The position numbers and the translations under genes were made by a program. This document shows, one piece after another, positions 16,889 to 27,910 of a stretch of 64,000 nt of DNA. Location: NCBI GenBank assembly GCA_046541515.1, contig JBKHDD010000005.1, positions 647-64,646 of the forward strand, read 5' to 3'. Within the stretch, counting starts at the first letter, position 1, and each line of letters starts with the position of its first letter. The DNA comes from Desulfococcaceae bacterium (lineage in GTDB: Bacteria; Desulfobacterota; Desulfobacteria; Desulfobacterales; Desulfococcaceae). The notes beneath the pieces were generated by a model. That model saw nothing but the letters and a program-made list of their open reading frames with translations. It ran no database searches and had not been told where the DNA came from.

Positions 16889-18475
16889 TTACACCCACCC
16901 GACAGCCACCACCAACACCCGCACCCCGCCAACCAATTCCTCACCGGAAATCTGCCCCAAAACATCTTCATCTTCGACGGGCACAAACACGGCGAGGGTG
17001 ATGGACGTAAGGTTCAATTTTTTTGCATACCCCGCCGCCTGTTCTTTGGACTTTTCCAGCTCCACCTGATCCTTGTAGCTTTTTACTTCGATAACGCCCC
17101 GTTGGCCGCCGCAACGAAGGTGCAGGTCCACCCTTCCGTTGCCGGTGGGAAATTCCGGGCTGATGGCGCAACGGGAACCGACCGCCTGATACAGCCAGAA
17201 ATACAGGTGAAAATGGCCCACGGCCTCACGCAAGTGCAGATCCGTCCGCCGGGGCTGGTCTTTCCAGGGATTAAGTCCCTTGGCCTTCAGGCGCGCCAGA
17301 TACTTTTTATAGCGATCCAAAAGTGCCGGAAGGTCGAGTTCGGTTTTATCGAACACATCGGCCAGCCGGTCCAGCGGTTCGAGCGCGAGGATGGGGGAGC
17401 GTTCCCCGATGATGTCCAGGGTGAGCGCGTTGTACAGCCGGTGCTGTATGAACGGGTTGGCGAAACGGCAGATTTCCGTTTTTCCGCCATGGGAATCCGC
17501 CACGGTTTCCACATCGATAATGCCGTGCAGATAGGCGTAGGCGCACCATTCGGAATCGATGGAAAAAGGGATGTCCGACCGCGTGAACAGTTCGAGAATA
17601 TGATTCCGGTATTCTCCCTTGGCTTTTTTCACGAGATTCAGGATGGTGTTGTTCCATTCCTTCACCCGCGCCAGGCGGAACACATCCTTCCAGGTATCCA
17701 AACCAATGGTTTTTTCTTGGCCGGGATTGTAGGTTTCGGTCAGCAGTTCGCCGAACCAGCACACCAGCCCCGGCTGTCCCCGAGTGGCATCGTTGACGCC
17801 TTGCACTACCGCGGATTCCACCTTCTGGCCGCTCTCGTTCTGATACTGCAAGAACAATTCTTCCACCTCTTCCGGTTCAAAATTGGGAACATGCAGGGAG
17901 CGCTGAATATTGAAAGGCGAACCCCGTTCGCTTTCGACCCCGAGGACCGCCCGGACCCCGATCAAGGCCAGGCCGTGAAGGACAAAATTTTTTCGGTCCA
18001 GATACATGTCCCGAAACATGCTTACCAGATGATCGATCACCATGGGCGGCAGTTTGTCAAACTCGTCGATAAACAGGATCAGAGGCTTTTTAAAAATTCC
18101 GGCGCTTCGGGAAAACAGGTTTCCAAATGTCTCCCAGTCTGCCGGCGCTTCAACGGGTACGTTAAAAAACCGCTGGAAAAAGAGAGGAACCCGGGAAAGA
18201 AACGCCTCCGGTGGATCTTCCGGCTTCAGAATGACGCCTTGCATCGACATTAACCCGATTGAAAACTGATCGGAATGATGTTTTTCGATTTCCCTCTTCA
18301 CCTGTCGCATGAGCCACGTCTTTCCGGTTTGCCTCGGCGCCCAAACGGTAAAATAATGCCCCCCTTTTTCAGGATTTCCAATTAGCTGCTCTTTGGTCCG
18401 GTTCACCAGTGCCACACGTTCCACGCAGAAATTTTCCTCGCAATCCACCGGACCGTAAGAATTGAATCGTCTCAT
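16889..18475 (-). CDS. AAA-type (AAA_35/ORC-like) ATPase fused to a C-terminal PD-(D/E)XK nuclease-like domain
   Basis: Walker A is VWAPRQTGKTWL and Walker B is LILFIDEFDKL. SPFNIQRSLHVPNFEPEEVEELF resembles the AAA_35 signature. The C-terminus ..AISPEFPTGNGRVDLHLRCGGQRGVIEVKSYK fits a PD-(D/E)XK (PDDEXK_9-like) core. The gene is visibly more AT-rich than its neighbours. Confidence 0.75.
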   Translation of the reverse strand: MRRFNSYGPVDCEENFCVERVALVNRTKEQLIGNPEKGGHYFTVWAPRQTGKTWLMRQVKREIEKHHSDQFSIGLMSMQGVILKPEDPPEAFLSRVPLFFQRFFNVPVEAPADWETFGNLFSRSAGIFKKPLILFIDEFDKLPPMVIDHLVSMFRDMYLDRKNFVLHGLALIGVRAVLGVESERGSPFNIQRSLHVPNFEPEEVEELFLQYQNESGQKVESAVVQGVNDATRGQPGLVCWFGELLTETYNPGQEKTIGLDTWKDVFRLARVKEWNNTILNLVKKAKGEYRNHILELFTRSDIPFSIDSEWCAYAYLHGIIDVETVADSHGGKTEICRFANPFIQHRLYNALTLDIIGERSPILALEPLDRLADVFDKTELDLPALLDRYKKYLARLKAKGLNPWKDQPRRTDLHLREAVGHFHLYFWLYQAVGSRCAISPEFPTGNGRVDLHLRCGGQRGVIEVKSYKDQVELEKSKEQAAGYAKKLNLTSITLAVFVPVEDEDVLGQISGEELVGGVRVLVVAVGWV

Positions 18476-18520
18476 ATCCTTATGCCTCCAATTTCAAATT
18501 CGGTTGCCTCGCAGCCAGTT

Positions 18521-18638
18521 CCCCATCAAAATAAACGGCGCCCAATAAAAAGGATGGGCATACGGCCGCTCCGGCCCGGGCCAGTTCCAGCGACCCCACC
18601 ACGCCCCCCTCTACTGGGGACCGTTTATTTTGGTGGGG
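18521..18638. repeat. 18-bp inverted repeat pair enclosing 82 bp
   Basis: CCCCATCAAAATAAACGG (18521-18538) and CCGTTTATTTTGGTGGGG (18621-18638) are reverse complements with one mismatch. They lie just upstream of the ATPase start. Confidence 0.7.
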
Positions 18639-19079
18639 CATTGGTTGTGACTAACCCCTCTTTGGGGAGCCTACCTCCATATCTATAATAGCCCTCTCTT
18701 CCCGCCGATTTACAAAAAATTCCTTTGCTATGTCTTTCTTTAAAGTTACCCCCCCAATTTTCCACAAAAAATGGAAACCTCCCTCTTATTTTCCATACAT
18801 CCCACCCTTTTCAAATCAAATCAACTGTATTTTCGGAATATAACCCGCCTTGCTCTTCATCAAGCCCTAACAAAAACCGGTTATTGTTTTACCAATAGGT
18901 TGAAAAATTTTCCGCAGGATGGCACAGGAAGCCCTTTGGGTTCGGGGTGCGCTTGGTCTTTGCCGCCAAAAATGGGCCGGGAACAACCCGCCCGTCCGAG
19001 ACGGGCGTCCACGGTCGCCCTTCCGTCCGCAGGGCGGCCAAAAAGGAAGATATCCATCACGAAAAAATGGGGAGGATAC

Positions 19080-21137
19080 ATGCCAAAACTCCACATGGGA
19101 TTGCGGTCCAAAATGGTGGTTCAGCTCGGGGGCGTCCTGCTGATTTCGTTCGCCCTGATGCTCTATTTCGTGTCGCTGCGATCCGCGGAAACGGCGAAAG
19201 GGTCCGCCCGCCAATTCGCGGAAACGCTGGCGGACCAATACGGCGCGGAAGTGGAGGCCGAACTGGAGGCCGCCATGAACACCGCCCGCACCACGGCCCA
19301 GTTTTTCGCCGGGCTCAAAAACAGCGGCCTTCCCATGGAGCGCCCGGCCCTTGTCCGGGGCTTGCGGGGCGTGTTGTCTCAATCGCCCGGGCTGTTCGGC
19401 ATCTGGACCGTCTGGGAACCCGACGCCCTGGACGGCCGGGACGCCGAATTCGTCGACGCCCCCGGCCACGACGGAACCGGACGCTTCATCCCCTACTGGA
19501 ATCGCCAGGGCGGACTACATTTGGAGCCCTGCGTGGATTACGACGCCCCGGGTCTCAACGGCGACTACTACCGACGGCCCATGACCACCGGCCATGAAAT
19601 CCTGCTGGAACCGGTGGCCTACCAGATCGGCGGGGAGCTTGTGACGGTGGTCAGCGCCATCGTGCCCATCGAAACCGACGCGGGACGGCTGGGGGTGGTC
19701 GGCGTGGATTTTTCCATGGACCGGATGGCGGAAATCGCCAGTGGAATCCGTCCCTTGGGGGCTGGATTCGGTCTTGTCGCCGCCCAGAACCACAACGTCG
19801 CGGCGGGGCCGGAGGCGGAATGGAGCGGAAAACCGACGACGGAGGTGCTGGATCTGCCGGAAAAGGTTCACGAGGCCGCCCACGCCGGCGAAAGCATCCG
19901 GCACCATGTCCATCTGGACGGCCGGGAATACCTCGCCGCCTCCTCCGCCATTCGCGTCGGGAAGGCGGAGGAGGCCTGGCGGCTTTGGGTGGCGCTTCCC
20001 ATGCGGGAAGCCATGGCGGAGGTCCGCTCCCTTCGCCAGAGGATGCTGGCCGTTTCCGCCGGGGCGCTGGCGATCCTTTTCGCGGCGATCTTCATTCTTT
20101 CCCGCCAGATCACGCGAAAGACCCGGAAGCTGGCCCGGGAACTCGGGGAGGATTCCGAGGACCTGAACACCGCCTCTCGGGAGGTGGCCGCCATCAGCCG
20201 GCAAATTTCCGAAGGGGCCGGCGAGCAGGCGGCGGGGTTGGAGGAAACGTCGGCTTCGCTGGAGGAAATTTCGGCCCTCAGTCGAGAAAACGCCGGTCGC
20301 GTGGCGGAAATCGACCGCGTCATGCGGGAGGACGCCTCGGAAAGCTTCCAAGAGATCCAGCGGCGGATGTCCGACATGAACCAGGCCGCCGCCGCGGTCC
20401 AGAGGGCCGGGGAGGAGACGGCGCGGATCATCCGGACCATCGACGAAATCGCCTTTCAGACCAATTTGCTTTCCCTGAACGCGGCGGTGGAGGCGGCCCG
20501 GGCGGGCGAAGCCGGCGCGGGATTCGGCGTGGTGGCGGAGGAAGTGCGGGCCCTGGCCATCCGGGCGGCCGAGGCCGCGCGGGAATCGGCCGGCCTGATC
20601 CAGAAAACCCGACGCCACAACGCCGAGATCGTGGAACTGGCCGAAAAGGTCAACGGCGCGGTGGCCGGCAACCACGACATCGCCGAACGGGTGACCCGGG
20701 CCATGGCCGACATTCGTTCCGCCTCCGACCACCAAGCTGAAGGACTGGGGGAAATCAGCCGGGCCGCGGCGGAAATGGACCGGGTCGTTCAGCAAAACGC
20801 CGCCTCCGCCCAGGAAGCCTCCGCCGTCGCATACGCCTTGCTGGAACGGGCCGACCGAAGCCGCAAATCCGTGGCCGAACTGCTCGCGGTGATCGCGGGG
20901 AAAAATGGGAATTCCCGCTTGGCCCCTTCGATTCCGGAGAAAGTGGAATCCGGTGTCTCCCTCTGTCGGTTCACCCGCCATCCAGTTTCCCGTCGCGGCA
21001 GCGCCAAAAAGAACGGTTCATCGGCGAGGGGTGGTGAAAGTCCCAAGGTCATCGGCCCTCCCGCCGAGAGCCTTCCAAGCCCGCCGGAATGGGAAAAGAA
21101 AGAGGGGAAGGAAGCGGAAAACCGGGAAAACGTTTAA
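19080..21137 (+). CDS. methyl-accepting chemotaxis protein with periplasmic Cache-type sensor
   Basis: ATG at 19080 follows GGAGGA. TM1 is [19 protein letters not shown]. The Cache-like region includes [44 protein letters not shown]2 is followed by the signalling hairpin [38 protein letters not shown]. The ORF-track start at 18771 was trimmed. Confidence 0.9.
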   Translation: MPKLHMGLRSKMVVQLGGVLLISFALMLYFVSLRSAETAKGSARQFAETLADQYGAEVEAELEAAMNTARTTAQFFAGLKNSGLPMERPALVRGLRGVLSQSPGLFGIWTVWEPDALDGRDAEFVDAPGHDGTGRFIPYWNRQGGLHLEPCVDYDAPGLNGDYYRRPMTTGHEILLEPVAYQIGGELVTVVSAIVPIETDAGRLGVVGVDFSMDRMAEIASGIRPLGAGFGLVAAQNHNVAAGPEAEWSGKPTTEVLDLPEKVHEAAHAGESIRHHVHLDGREYLAASSAIRVGKAEEAWRLWVALPMREAMAEVRSLRQRMLAVSAGALAILFAAIFILSRQITRKTRKLARELGEDSEDLNTASREVAAISRQISEGAGEQAAGLEETSASLEEISALSRENAGRVAEIDRVMREDASESFQEIQRRMSDMNQAAAAVQRAGEETARIIRTIDEIAFQTNLLSLNAAVEAARAGEAGAGFGVVAEEVRALAIRAAEAARESAGLIQKTRRHNAEIVELAEKVNGAVAGNHDIAERVTRAMADIRSASDHQAEGLGEISRAAAEMDRVVQQNAASAQEASAVAYALLERADRSRKSVAELLAVIAGKNGNSRLAPSIPEKVESGVSLCRFTRHPVSRRGSAKKNGSSARGGESPKVIGPPAESLPSPPEWEKKEGKEAENRENV

Positions 21138-21287
21138 CAAAACCCTAACTTGACCCATTCTCGGCCGGAAAGATAAACGTTATAATTTATCCAATAAAGG
21201 ACGGCGGCGTTTCGTGTGGTTCGATCGACCAGGGCACCCCCTGCCGTCCGGATCGATCGGATCGGTTTTTTTTCCGGGGAAACTCCC

Positions 21288-22319
21288 ATGGAAGGGTGTT
21301 TGAACGCTTTGAAAAAAATCCTCATTGTCGATGACTCCCCCGTTGCGCGGATGATGCTGAAAAGCTGTCTGCCCAAGGCCAAGGAATTTTCCCTGGCCGA
21401 GGCCGGAAACGGGCGGGAGGCCATCGAGAAATATTTCGATTTCGGCCCGGAGCTGACCTTCATGGATCTGACCATGCCGGAGATGGACGGCTATGCCGCC
21501 ATCGAGCGCATCCGCGAAAGAGACCCGGAGGCCCGGATCGTGGTGATGACCGCCGACGTTCAAAAGCGGGCGGTGGAGCGGGTTCAAAACCTGGGAGCCT
21601 TGGACATCCTGAAAAAACCGCCCCGTGCCGAGGTGGTGTTCCAGACCCTCTCCCGCATCGAAGCCGAGATGACCCAAACGCCCGTCCGGACGGTCTTTTC
21701 CGAAAGGGAAAAGGACATCCTCCAGGAGATCATGAACATCGCCTTCGGCAACGCGGCGGCCGATCTCTCGGAAATTATTGACATTTACGTGGAGCTGACC
21801 GCCCCGAAGGTGCGACTGATCGGCGCCGCGGAAATTCCCGGCCACATTTCGGAGCGGATGCGGCTCGGCGACGACGGCACCAGCCTGGTGGTGCAGAATT
21901 TCTGGGGCAATTTCAACGGAATGGGGCTTCTGGTCCTTCCGGAAAACGCGGGCATGGGCCTCATTCGGGTGATGCAGGACCTGGACGGCGACGAGGACGC
22001 CGACCGGCCCCTGGCCCACCAGGAACGGGAAATCCTGATGGAGGTGGGCAACATCCTCATCGGGGCCTGCGTGGGCAAAATCTGCGAACTGCTGGACACC
22101 TTCGTCACCTACACGCCGCCGCGCATCGTTTCCGAGGCCGGACGAGACGGCCCGTCCTTCCTGGACTCCCTGGAGGAAGACCGGTTCGCCATCTTGCTGG
22201 AAACGGTGTTTCGTTTTGAAAGCGTGGACATCAACGGCCAATTGCTGCTGATCACCAGCCAGAACGCCATCGAGTGGCTTCGCAAGGCGCTCAACGCCTT
22301 TATGGAACAGTGGGCATGA
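21288..22319 (+). CDS. CheY-like receiver fused to a CheC-type phosphatase domain
   Basis: REC: KILIVDDSPVARMM..TFMDLTMPEMDG..VVMTAD..ILKKP. Two CheC-type sites are present: DILQEIMN-x22-P and EILMEVGN-x22-P, matching the D/S-x3-E-x2-N-x22-P consensus. Confidence 0.85.
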   Translation: MEGCLNALKKILIVDDSPVARMMLKSCLPKAKEFSLAEAGNGREAIEKYFDFGPELTFMDLTMPEMDGYAAIERIRERDPEARIVVMTADVQKRAVERVQNLGALDILKKPPRAEVVFQTLSRIEAEMTQTPVRTVFSEREKDILQEIMNIAFGNAAADLSEIIDIYVELTAPKVRLIGAAEIPGHISERMRLGDDGTSLVVQNFWGNFNGMGLLVLPENAGMGLIRVMQDLDGDEDADRPLAHQEREILMEVGNILIGACVGKICELLDTFVTYTPPRIVSEAGRDGPSFLDSLEEDRFAILLETVFRFESVDINGQLLLITSQNAIEWLRKALNAFMEQWA

Positions 22320-23263
22320 AGCTCGACCAGCTATTCGACATGATCGACATCGGCATAGTGGTGCTGGATTTGCGGCTCGCCGTGTGTCGATGGAACCGCT
22401 GGATGGAGATCCACAGCGGCATTTCCGCCGAAGAGATTATTGGCAGGCCGGCCTTCGACTTTTTCCCGAATTTGGATTCCCCTCGGTTCCACCGCAATTT
22501 CAAGGCGGTTTCCACCTTCGGCAACTTCGCCTTTTTCTCCCGAAAGCTCCACCGATATCTCTTCCCCCTTCCCGTTCCCGCCCTTTCCGACGACGCCGCC
22601 GTTTTCGACCACATGCAGCAGACCTGCACCATGGGACCGCTTCGGGACGACGACCAGGCGATCCGCCACGTCTACATCATGGTCCAGGACGTCACCGAAA
22701 TCGCCGCATACGAACGAAAACTGCTGAAAATGAACATGCGGGACGGACTGACCGGGGCCTTCAACCGCCGGTACCTGGAAATCCGGCTGCGGGAGGAGTT
22801 GGAGCGATACGCCAGGTACGGCCGGCCTTTCAGCGTCATCCTTCAGGACCTGGATTGGTTCAAGGCCGTCAACGACACCCATGGCCATCTCTGCGGCGAT
22901 TTCGTCCTGAAAAAATTCACCGAACTCATGAAAACCCGACTTCGAAAATCGGACCTGTTCGCCCGTTTCGGCGGGGAGGAGTTCTGCGTGCTGCTGACGG
23001 AAACCGAAGCCGAAAAGGCGTTGCTGTTGGCCGAAGAACTGCGCGCGCTGACGGAACAGACTGAGTTCGAATGGCGGGGAACGAAACTTTCCATTTCCAT
23101 CAGCCAAGGTGTTTCCGAAATCCAGTCCGACGAGGACGGACCGGAATCGGTTCTTGAGCGCGCCGATCAGGCGCTGTACCGGGCAAAAATGGAGGGCCGC
23201 AATCAGGTGGTCGTCCATCGGAAAAAGGAAAAACCATGCGTTTCCGTTTTTCCCAAAAAATGA
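22316..23263 (+). CDS. PAS-GGDEF diguanylate cyclase
   Basis: ATGA start/stop overlap with the upstream gene. Has an N-terminal PAS-like region, then [50 protein letters not shown] (GGEEF active site with an RxxD I-site five residues upstream). Confidence 0.9.
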   Translation: MKLDQLFDMIDIGIVVLDLRLAVCRWNRWMEIHSGISAEEIIGRPAFDFFPNLDSPRFHRNFKAVSTFGNFAFFSRKLHRYLFPLPVPALSDDAAVFDHMQQTCTMGPLRDDDQAIRHVYIMVQDVTEIAAYERKLLKMNMRDGLTGAFNRRYLEIRLREELERYARYGRPFSVILQDLDWFKAVNDTHGHLCGDFVLKKFTELMKTRLRKSDLFARFGGEEFCVLLTETEAEKALLLAEELRALTEQTEFEWRGTKLSISISQGVSEIQSDEDGPESVLERADQALYRAKMEGRNQVVVHRKKEKPCVSVFPKK

Positions 23264-25185
23264 TCGCCCTGGTGGTCGCCGCGGTCCTGGTTTGTTCGGC
23301 GGCCATCGGACTGCTGACCTACCGGGTGGTCGCCGAGGGTTTCCAGGCCGAGGCCCGGCAGAACATTGTCGCCGCCGGCCGGGTGGTGGACGGCTTGATC
23401 GAAGGCCGCCGAGAGCGGTGCCTTCAGGCGGCGGGCCTGATCGCCGGGATGGCCGAAGTCCAGGGGGCCGTGGTCCGGGGGGACGCCGCCGATCTTCAAG
23501 AACGCGGGGCGGAATGGATGGCCGCCAGCGGCGCCGATTTCATGACCTTCACCGACGCTTCGGGAAACGTGATCGCCCGTGCCCACGACGGTCGAAAGGG
23601 AGATTCCATCGCCAACCAGGAAATCCTGCGGATCGCCTTGGAAGGCCGAGCCGCGAGCGGCATCGGGGCCGGAAAACTGGTGGGACTGTCCATTCGGGCC
23701 GTTGCGCCGGTGACGGTCGATGGCCGGTTGGCGGGAGCCGTGCTGACGGGCATCCATCTGACCCGGGACAACGATTTCGTGGACGAAATCCGGGAAACAC
23801 TGAGGGTTCACGCCACCGTGTTCCACGGCGACCGCCGGGTGTCCACCACCATCCGCCGGGCCGGGAAACGGATTCGCGGCACCCGGATGGAGAATCCCGC
23901 CGTCACCCGGACGGTGTTGGAAGAAGGAAAAACCTTCTACGACGTGAACGAAATTTTGGGAGAAGACTTCACCGCGGCCTACTGGCCGATCCGGTCCGTC
24001 TCCGGCGAAAACTTGGGCATATGGTTCGTGGGAAAGGAGCGCTCTTTCTTGCAACGGGCCTTTCTGGACATTCTGCGTTCGATTCTTCCGACCTCGGCGG
24101 GGGTGGGGCTGCTGGTTTCTCTGGCCGCATGGCTGACCGTTCGCCGGAGTCTGGCCCCGGTCTTCCCCTGCATCCGGTTCGCAAAGGGATTGGCCAAGGG
24201 ACGGCTGTCCGGGCGCCTGCCTTCGGGCCGCTCCGATGAAATCGGCGAGCTGGCGGCGGCCCTCGGCCGTATGGCCGCCCGGCTGAGGGAGGTCGTCCGG
24301 GAGGTGGTTCACGGCGCCGAAAATGTTCGATCCGGAAGCCGGCAAGTGAGCGTCGGCGCCCAACAAATCGCGGCCGGGTCCGAGCGACAGAAAATCGCCG
24401 CCGAGGCGCTGATGCGGGCCATGGGAGAGCGGGCCGCGGCGGCGGAAGCGATGGCCGAATCCTCCGCCGCGAGAGCGGAGGAAAGCGGCGCGGCGGCCAC
24501 GGAGGCGGTGAAGGCCCTGAGGGCCATCGCGGAGCAGATTCGGGTGGTGGAGGAGATCGCCCGGCAAACCGACCTTTTGGCCTTGAACGCGGCGGTGGAA
24601 GCCGCCCGGGCAGGAGAGGCCGGCAGGGGGTTCGCCGTTGTGGCGGATGAAGTGAGAAGCCTCGCGGAGAAATCCCAAACCGCCGCCAATTCGGTGGCGC
24701 GCATTTCCGAAAAAACCTTCGAAATCGCCGAGCGGTCCGGCTCCATCCTCGCCGAAATGGTTCCGGATATCCGGCGAACGGCGGAGCAGGTCCGGGACAT
24801 CAGCGAAGCCTGTCGGGCCGGCGGTTCCGGGGCGGAGACGATTCGCGCCGCCTTCGATCAATTCGACAACGTGATCCGTGAAAACGCTTCCGCGGCGGAA
24901 CAAATGGCCGCCGCGGCCGAAGAGCTGAACGCCCAGGCCGACCAGTTGGGCGAGACGATACGTTTTTTCCGGGGAGAAGCGCAATCTGAAACGGGATTCG
25001 GCGCAAAGACGATTTCCATCAACCCGTCTTCGCGCGGCGGCTGTGAAATTCCGACAAGCCAACCCTTCAGGGGGGCGAGGCGACGGCGCCGCGGTTCCAC
25101 TCCGCCATCCGTTCTTCCGCCGGGGCGGCCGCCTTCGCGGCGTCCAGGGCCGCGCGAACCGTCCGGGCCAGTTGAAGCTGGGTGA
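23236..25185 (+). CDS. methyl-accepting chemotaxis protein with double Cache-like (Cache_3-Cache_2-type) sensor and HAMP
   Basis: TM1 is [19 protein letters not shown]. The periplasmic region includes ..[57 protein letters not shown]... TM2 and HAMP (..[17 protein letters not shown]) follow, then the signalling domain [38 protein letters not shown]. The start overlaps the GGDEF gene by 28 nt. Confidence 0.9.
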   Translation: MRFRFSQKMIALVVAAVLVCSAAIGLLTYRVVAEGFQAEARQNIVAAGRVVDGLIEGRRERCLQAAGLIAGMAEVQGAVVRGDAADLQERGAEWMAASGADFMTFTDASGNVIARAHDGRKGDSIANQEILRIALEGRAASGIGAGKLVGLSIRAVAPVTVDGRLAGAVLTGIHLTRDNDFVDEIRETLRVHATVFHGDRRVSTTIRRAGKRIRGTRMENPAVTRTVLEEGKTFYDVNEILGEDFTAAYWPIRSVSGENLGIWFVGKERSFLQRAFLDILRSILPTSAGVGLLVSLAAWLTVRRSLAPVFPCIRFAKGLAKGRLSGRLPSGRSDEIGELAAALGRMAARLREVVREVVHGAENVRSGSRQVSVGAQQIAAGSERQKIAAEALMRAMGERAAAAEAMAESSAARAEESGAAATEAVKALRAIAEQIRVVEEIARQTDLLALNAAVEAARAGEAGRGFAVVADEVRSLAEKSQTAANSVARISEKTFEIAERSGSILAEMVPDIRRTAEQVRDISEACRAGGSGAETIRAAFDQFDNVIRENASAAEQMAAAAEELNAQADQLGETIRFFRGEAQSETGFGAKTISINPSSRGGCEIPTSQPFRGARRRRRGSTPPSVLPPGRPPSRRPGPREPSGPVEAG

Positions 25186-27910
25186 ATGGCTTGGCCAGAA
25201 CGGCGCCAATGCCCGCGTTCCGAAGGGTTTCCGGCGGCAGGGCGTCCAGGGAGCCGGAGTAGAGGATCACCGGCAAATCCGGACGCCGTCGGAGAACGTC
25301 CCGGGCCAGATCGAGGCCGCTAAGCTCCGCCATGCTCAGGTCGGTCACCAGCAGGTCCGCGCCGCGGGGATTTTCCCGCAAATCATCGCGGGCCGCGATC
25401 GCGCGGTTGTAAACCGTCGCCTGGTAGCCGGCCTCCCGCAGCATTCTGGCCACCACCCGGGCCACCGAAGCCTCGTCGTCCACCAGCACCACTCGTTCCG
25501 TGCCTTGGGGAATCGCAGTGGAACGGGGATCGGTCGTTTCCGGATCGGAAACTCGGTCCCCGGAAGGGAGATACACCGAAACGGTGGTTCCCTCGTCCCT
25601 CCGGCTGAAAACCTGGATGTTCCCGCCGTAGTCCCTCACAATGCCGTAGACGATGGCCAGGCCCATTCCGGTCCCCTTTCCTTCCGCCTTGGTGGTGAAG
25701 TAGGGCTCGAAAATCCGGTCCCGCACCTCTTCCGGAATCCCGTCGCCGGAATCCCGAATGATCAGTCGAAGATAATCGCCGTCCACCAGTCCTTCGGCGG
25801 AACGGTCGGAAATCCTCGTCGCCTCCAGCCGGATTTCGATGACTCCGGGCCGGTCGCCAATGGCGTGGGCCGCGTTGGTGACCAGATTCATAACGATCTG
25901 GTGGATGTGCGTGGGGTTGGCCAGCGCGGGTGGGCAGTGGTCGGGAATGCTTTCCCGGATGTCTATCAGCTTGGGCAAGCTGGCCCGCAATAGTTTCAGC
26001 ACTTCTTTGACCACCACTTCCATTTGAATGGGCCCCCTTTCCCGCCGGCCGCCTCTGCAGAAGGTGAGAATCTGGGTGACCAGCTCCCGGGCCCGTTGCG
26101 CGGCGGAGTGAATCTCCCACAGGTAGCCGGCTACTTTTTCTTCTTCCGGGAGGATGCGAAGGGCCAGTTCCGAAAACCCCATGATGGGCGCAAGGATGTT
26201 GTTGAAATCGTGGGCGATGCCGCCGGCCAGATTGCCGATGGCTTCCATTTTTTGGGATTGTTGCAGGCGGTGTTCCAGCTCCCGCTTTTCTCGCTCCGCC
26301 CGTCGTCGCCCGGTGATGTCGTTGCCGAAGGCGATTAGTTCCACCGGCAATCCGTCCCGGTTTCGTCGAAGGGTAAAATTCCAGAGGACCGTGGCGTGAT
26401 GGCCGTCCAGGGATTCGACCTCGGATTCCCGGGAATTGAGGCCGGCCAGATCCCGACGAAACAGGCAGGGAAAGGAAAATTCCGGCTCGGAAAGCGCCAA
26501 AAGGTCGTGCACCGGCCGGTTTACCGCTTCGTCGGCCGAGAGACCGATGAGTCGTTCTCCCGCCGGATTGAGATAATTCAAGGCGCCGTCCGGCCGAATC
26601 GAGAGGATGGGGCCGGGCGCCACCTGGAGCAACTCCCGGGAGTAATCCCGCTCCTCCTGAAGACTGCGCATCACCGCCTTCAATCGATCCGCCATCTGGT
26701 TGAAGGCGGTGGCCAGCTCCCCCATTTCGTCTTCCGACTCCACGGAAAGCGGCGTCTCCAGCGATTCCCGGCCGGATGCGATGTCGTTGAAGCTTCGCGC
26801 CATCCTCCGAATGGGCCGGGTCAGCACGGCGCGAATGATCCAGGAAACCAGCGCCAGAATGAGCAGCAGCGAAATCGCCGCGATCAGGATGGCGTTGTTC
26901 CGAAGCCGGAAGGCGTCGGCCAGCACCCGCCGAACCGGCACCGAAATCGCCAGCGACCAGGGCGTTCCCGTGTGGCCAACGTCAATGGGAGAAATCACCA
27001 TGAAGGATCGTTGGCCGTTGACCGGATCGGCGTCCCGAACCCAGGATCGGGTTTCTCCGGCGCGGACGGCGGCCAACACTTCCGGGTCCGAAAAGCCGGG
27101 CTGACCGATATGGGCCGGGTCCGGATGGGCCACCACTTCCCCTCCGTTGGTCATCAGGAAGCAGTGGCCGGCGTCGAACGGGTGGACGCGGGCCACCATC
27201 TGGGAGAGTTTTTGCATGGACAAATCAACCCCCGCCACCCCCAGGGAACGACCGCCGATGCGAATGGGCGAAACCACGGAGACCACTTCCACGTCCCGGT
27301 CGCCGATGACGTAGGTGGTGGGATCGATCACCGTTTCCCGGCCGGTGGTCATGGGGACGGTGTAGTAATCGCTTTGCGGGCCGGGCGTGTCGTAATCCAC
27401 GCAGGGTTCCAGGCGCAGGCCGCCCACCCGGTTCCAGTAAGGCACGAATCTGCCGTTTTCGCTGTGGCCGGGCGCGCCCCGAAATTTTTGGTCCAGACCG
27501 TCCAAGGCGTTGGGTTCCCAGACGGTCCAGGCCCCCAGGAGCTGCGGATTGGCCTCCAGAAACCGGCGGACGAAGCGGATCAACAGTTGCCGATCCGGAT
27601 AGGCCCGCTCCTGACGCATGGTGGTCAAAACGTTGGCCAGGGAACGGGCCGTGTTGGCGGCGCCGTCCATGTCGTTGGCAATTTCCGCGGCGTACCGATT
27701 GGCCATTTCGACGTTTTTTTCCAGGGCCTCCCGGCGGGCGGTTCGAAAGGAATGGCCGATGTTGAAGCCGATGGCGAGAAGATGGGAAAGAAAAACGATG
27801 AGACCAATGGGAAGGAGAAGCTTGGCGGCGAGATCCAGGTTCCGGATTCGCCGGCGACCGCGCCCTGTCCATCGCCGCCAGGAACCGGAAAACAGCCATA
27901 GGGATTTCAT
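25067..27910 (-). CDS. hybrid sensor histidine kinase: Cache sensor-HAMP-PAS-HisKA-HATPase-REC
   Basis: The Cache region ([42 protein letters not shown]) is paralogous to that of the MCP at 19080. Also present: HAMP ([17 protein letters not shown]), H-box [16 protein letters not shown] boxes [26 protein letters not shown], and a C-terminal receiver [21 protein letters not shown]. Confidence 0.92.
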   Translation of the reverse strand: MKSLWLFSGSWRRWTGRGRRRIRNLDLAAKLLLPIGLIVFLSHLLAIGFNIGHSFRTARREALEKNVEMANRYAAEIANDMDGAANTARSLANVLTTMRQERAYPDRQLLIRFVRRFLEANPQLLGAWTVWEPNALDGLDQKFRGAPGHSENGRFVPYWNRVGGLRLEPCVDYDTPGPQSDYYTVPMTTGRETVIDPTTYVIGDRDVEVVSVVSPIRIGGRSLGVAGVDLSMQKLSQMVARVHPFDAGHCFLMTNGGEVVAHPDPAHIGQPGFSDPEVLAAVRAGETRSWVRDADPVNGQRSFMVISPIDVGHTGTPWSLAISVPVRRVLADAFRLRNNAILIAAISLLLILALVSWIIRAVLTRPIRRMARSFNDIASGRESLETPLSVESEDEMGELATAFNQMADRLKAVMRSLQEERDYSRELLQVAPGPILSIRPDGALNYLNPAGERLIGLSADEAVNRPVHDLLALSEPEFSFPCLFRRDLAGLNSRESEVESLDGHHATVLWNFTLRRNRDGLPVELIAFGNDITGRRRAEREKRELEHRLQQSQKMEAIGNLAGGIAHDFNNILAPIMGFSELALRILPEEEKVAGYLWEIHSAAQRARELVTQILTFCRGGRRERGPIQMEVVVKEVLKLLRASLPKLIDIRESIPDHCPPALANPTHIHQIVMNLVTNAAHAIGDRPGVIEIRLEATRISDRSAEGLVDGDYLRLIIRDSGDGIPEEVRDRIFEPYFTTKAEGKGTGMGLAIVYGIVRDYGGNIQVFSRRDEGTTVSVYLPSGDRVSDPETTDPRSTAIPQGTERVVLVDDEASVARVVARMLREAGYQATVYNRAIAARDDLRENPRGADLLVTDLSMAELSGLDLARDVLRRRPDLPVILYSGSLDALPPETLRNAGIGAVLAKPFTQLQLARTVRAALDAAKAAAPAEERMAEWNRGAVASPP

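Noticed and set aside
18920-18935. Perfect TGGCAC hexamer upstream of the first MCP gene, considered as a sigma54 -24 element.
   Set aside because: No TTGC follows, and the nearest GC dinucleotide is offset by one position from the strict GG-N10-GC spacing (TGGCACAGGAAGCCC).
21245-21273. T8 run preceded by GATC-rich dyads between the first MCP and the CheY-CheC gene, considered as an intrinsic terminator.
   Set aside because: I could not draw a stable GC-rich stem immediately upstream of the T run. It ends only 15 nt before the next start codon, so it is more likely just a spacer.
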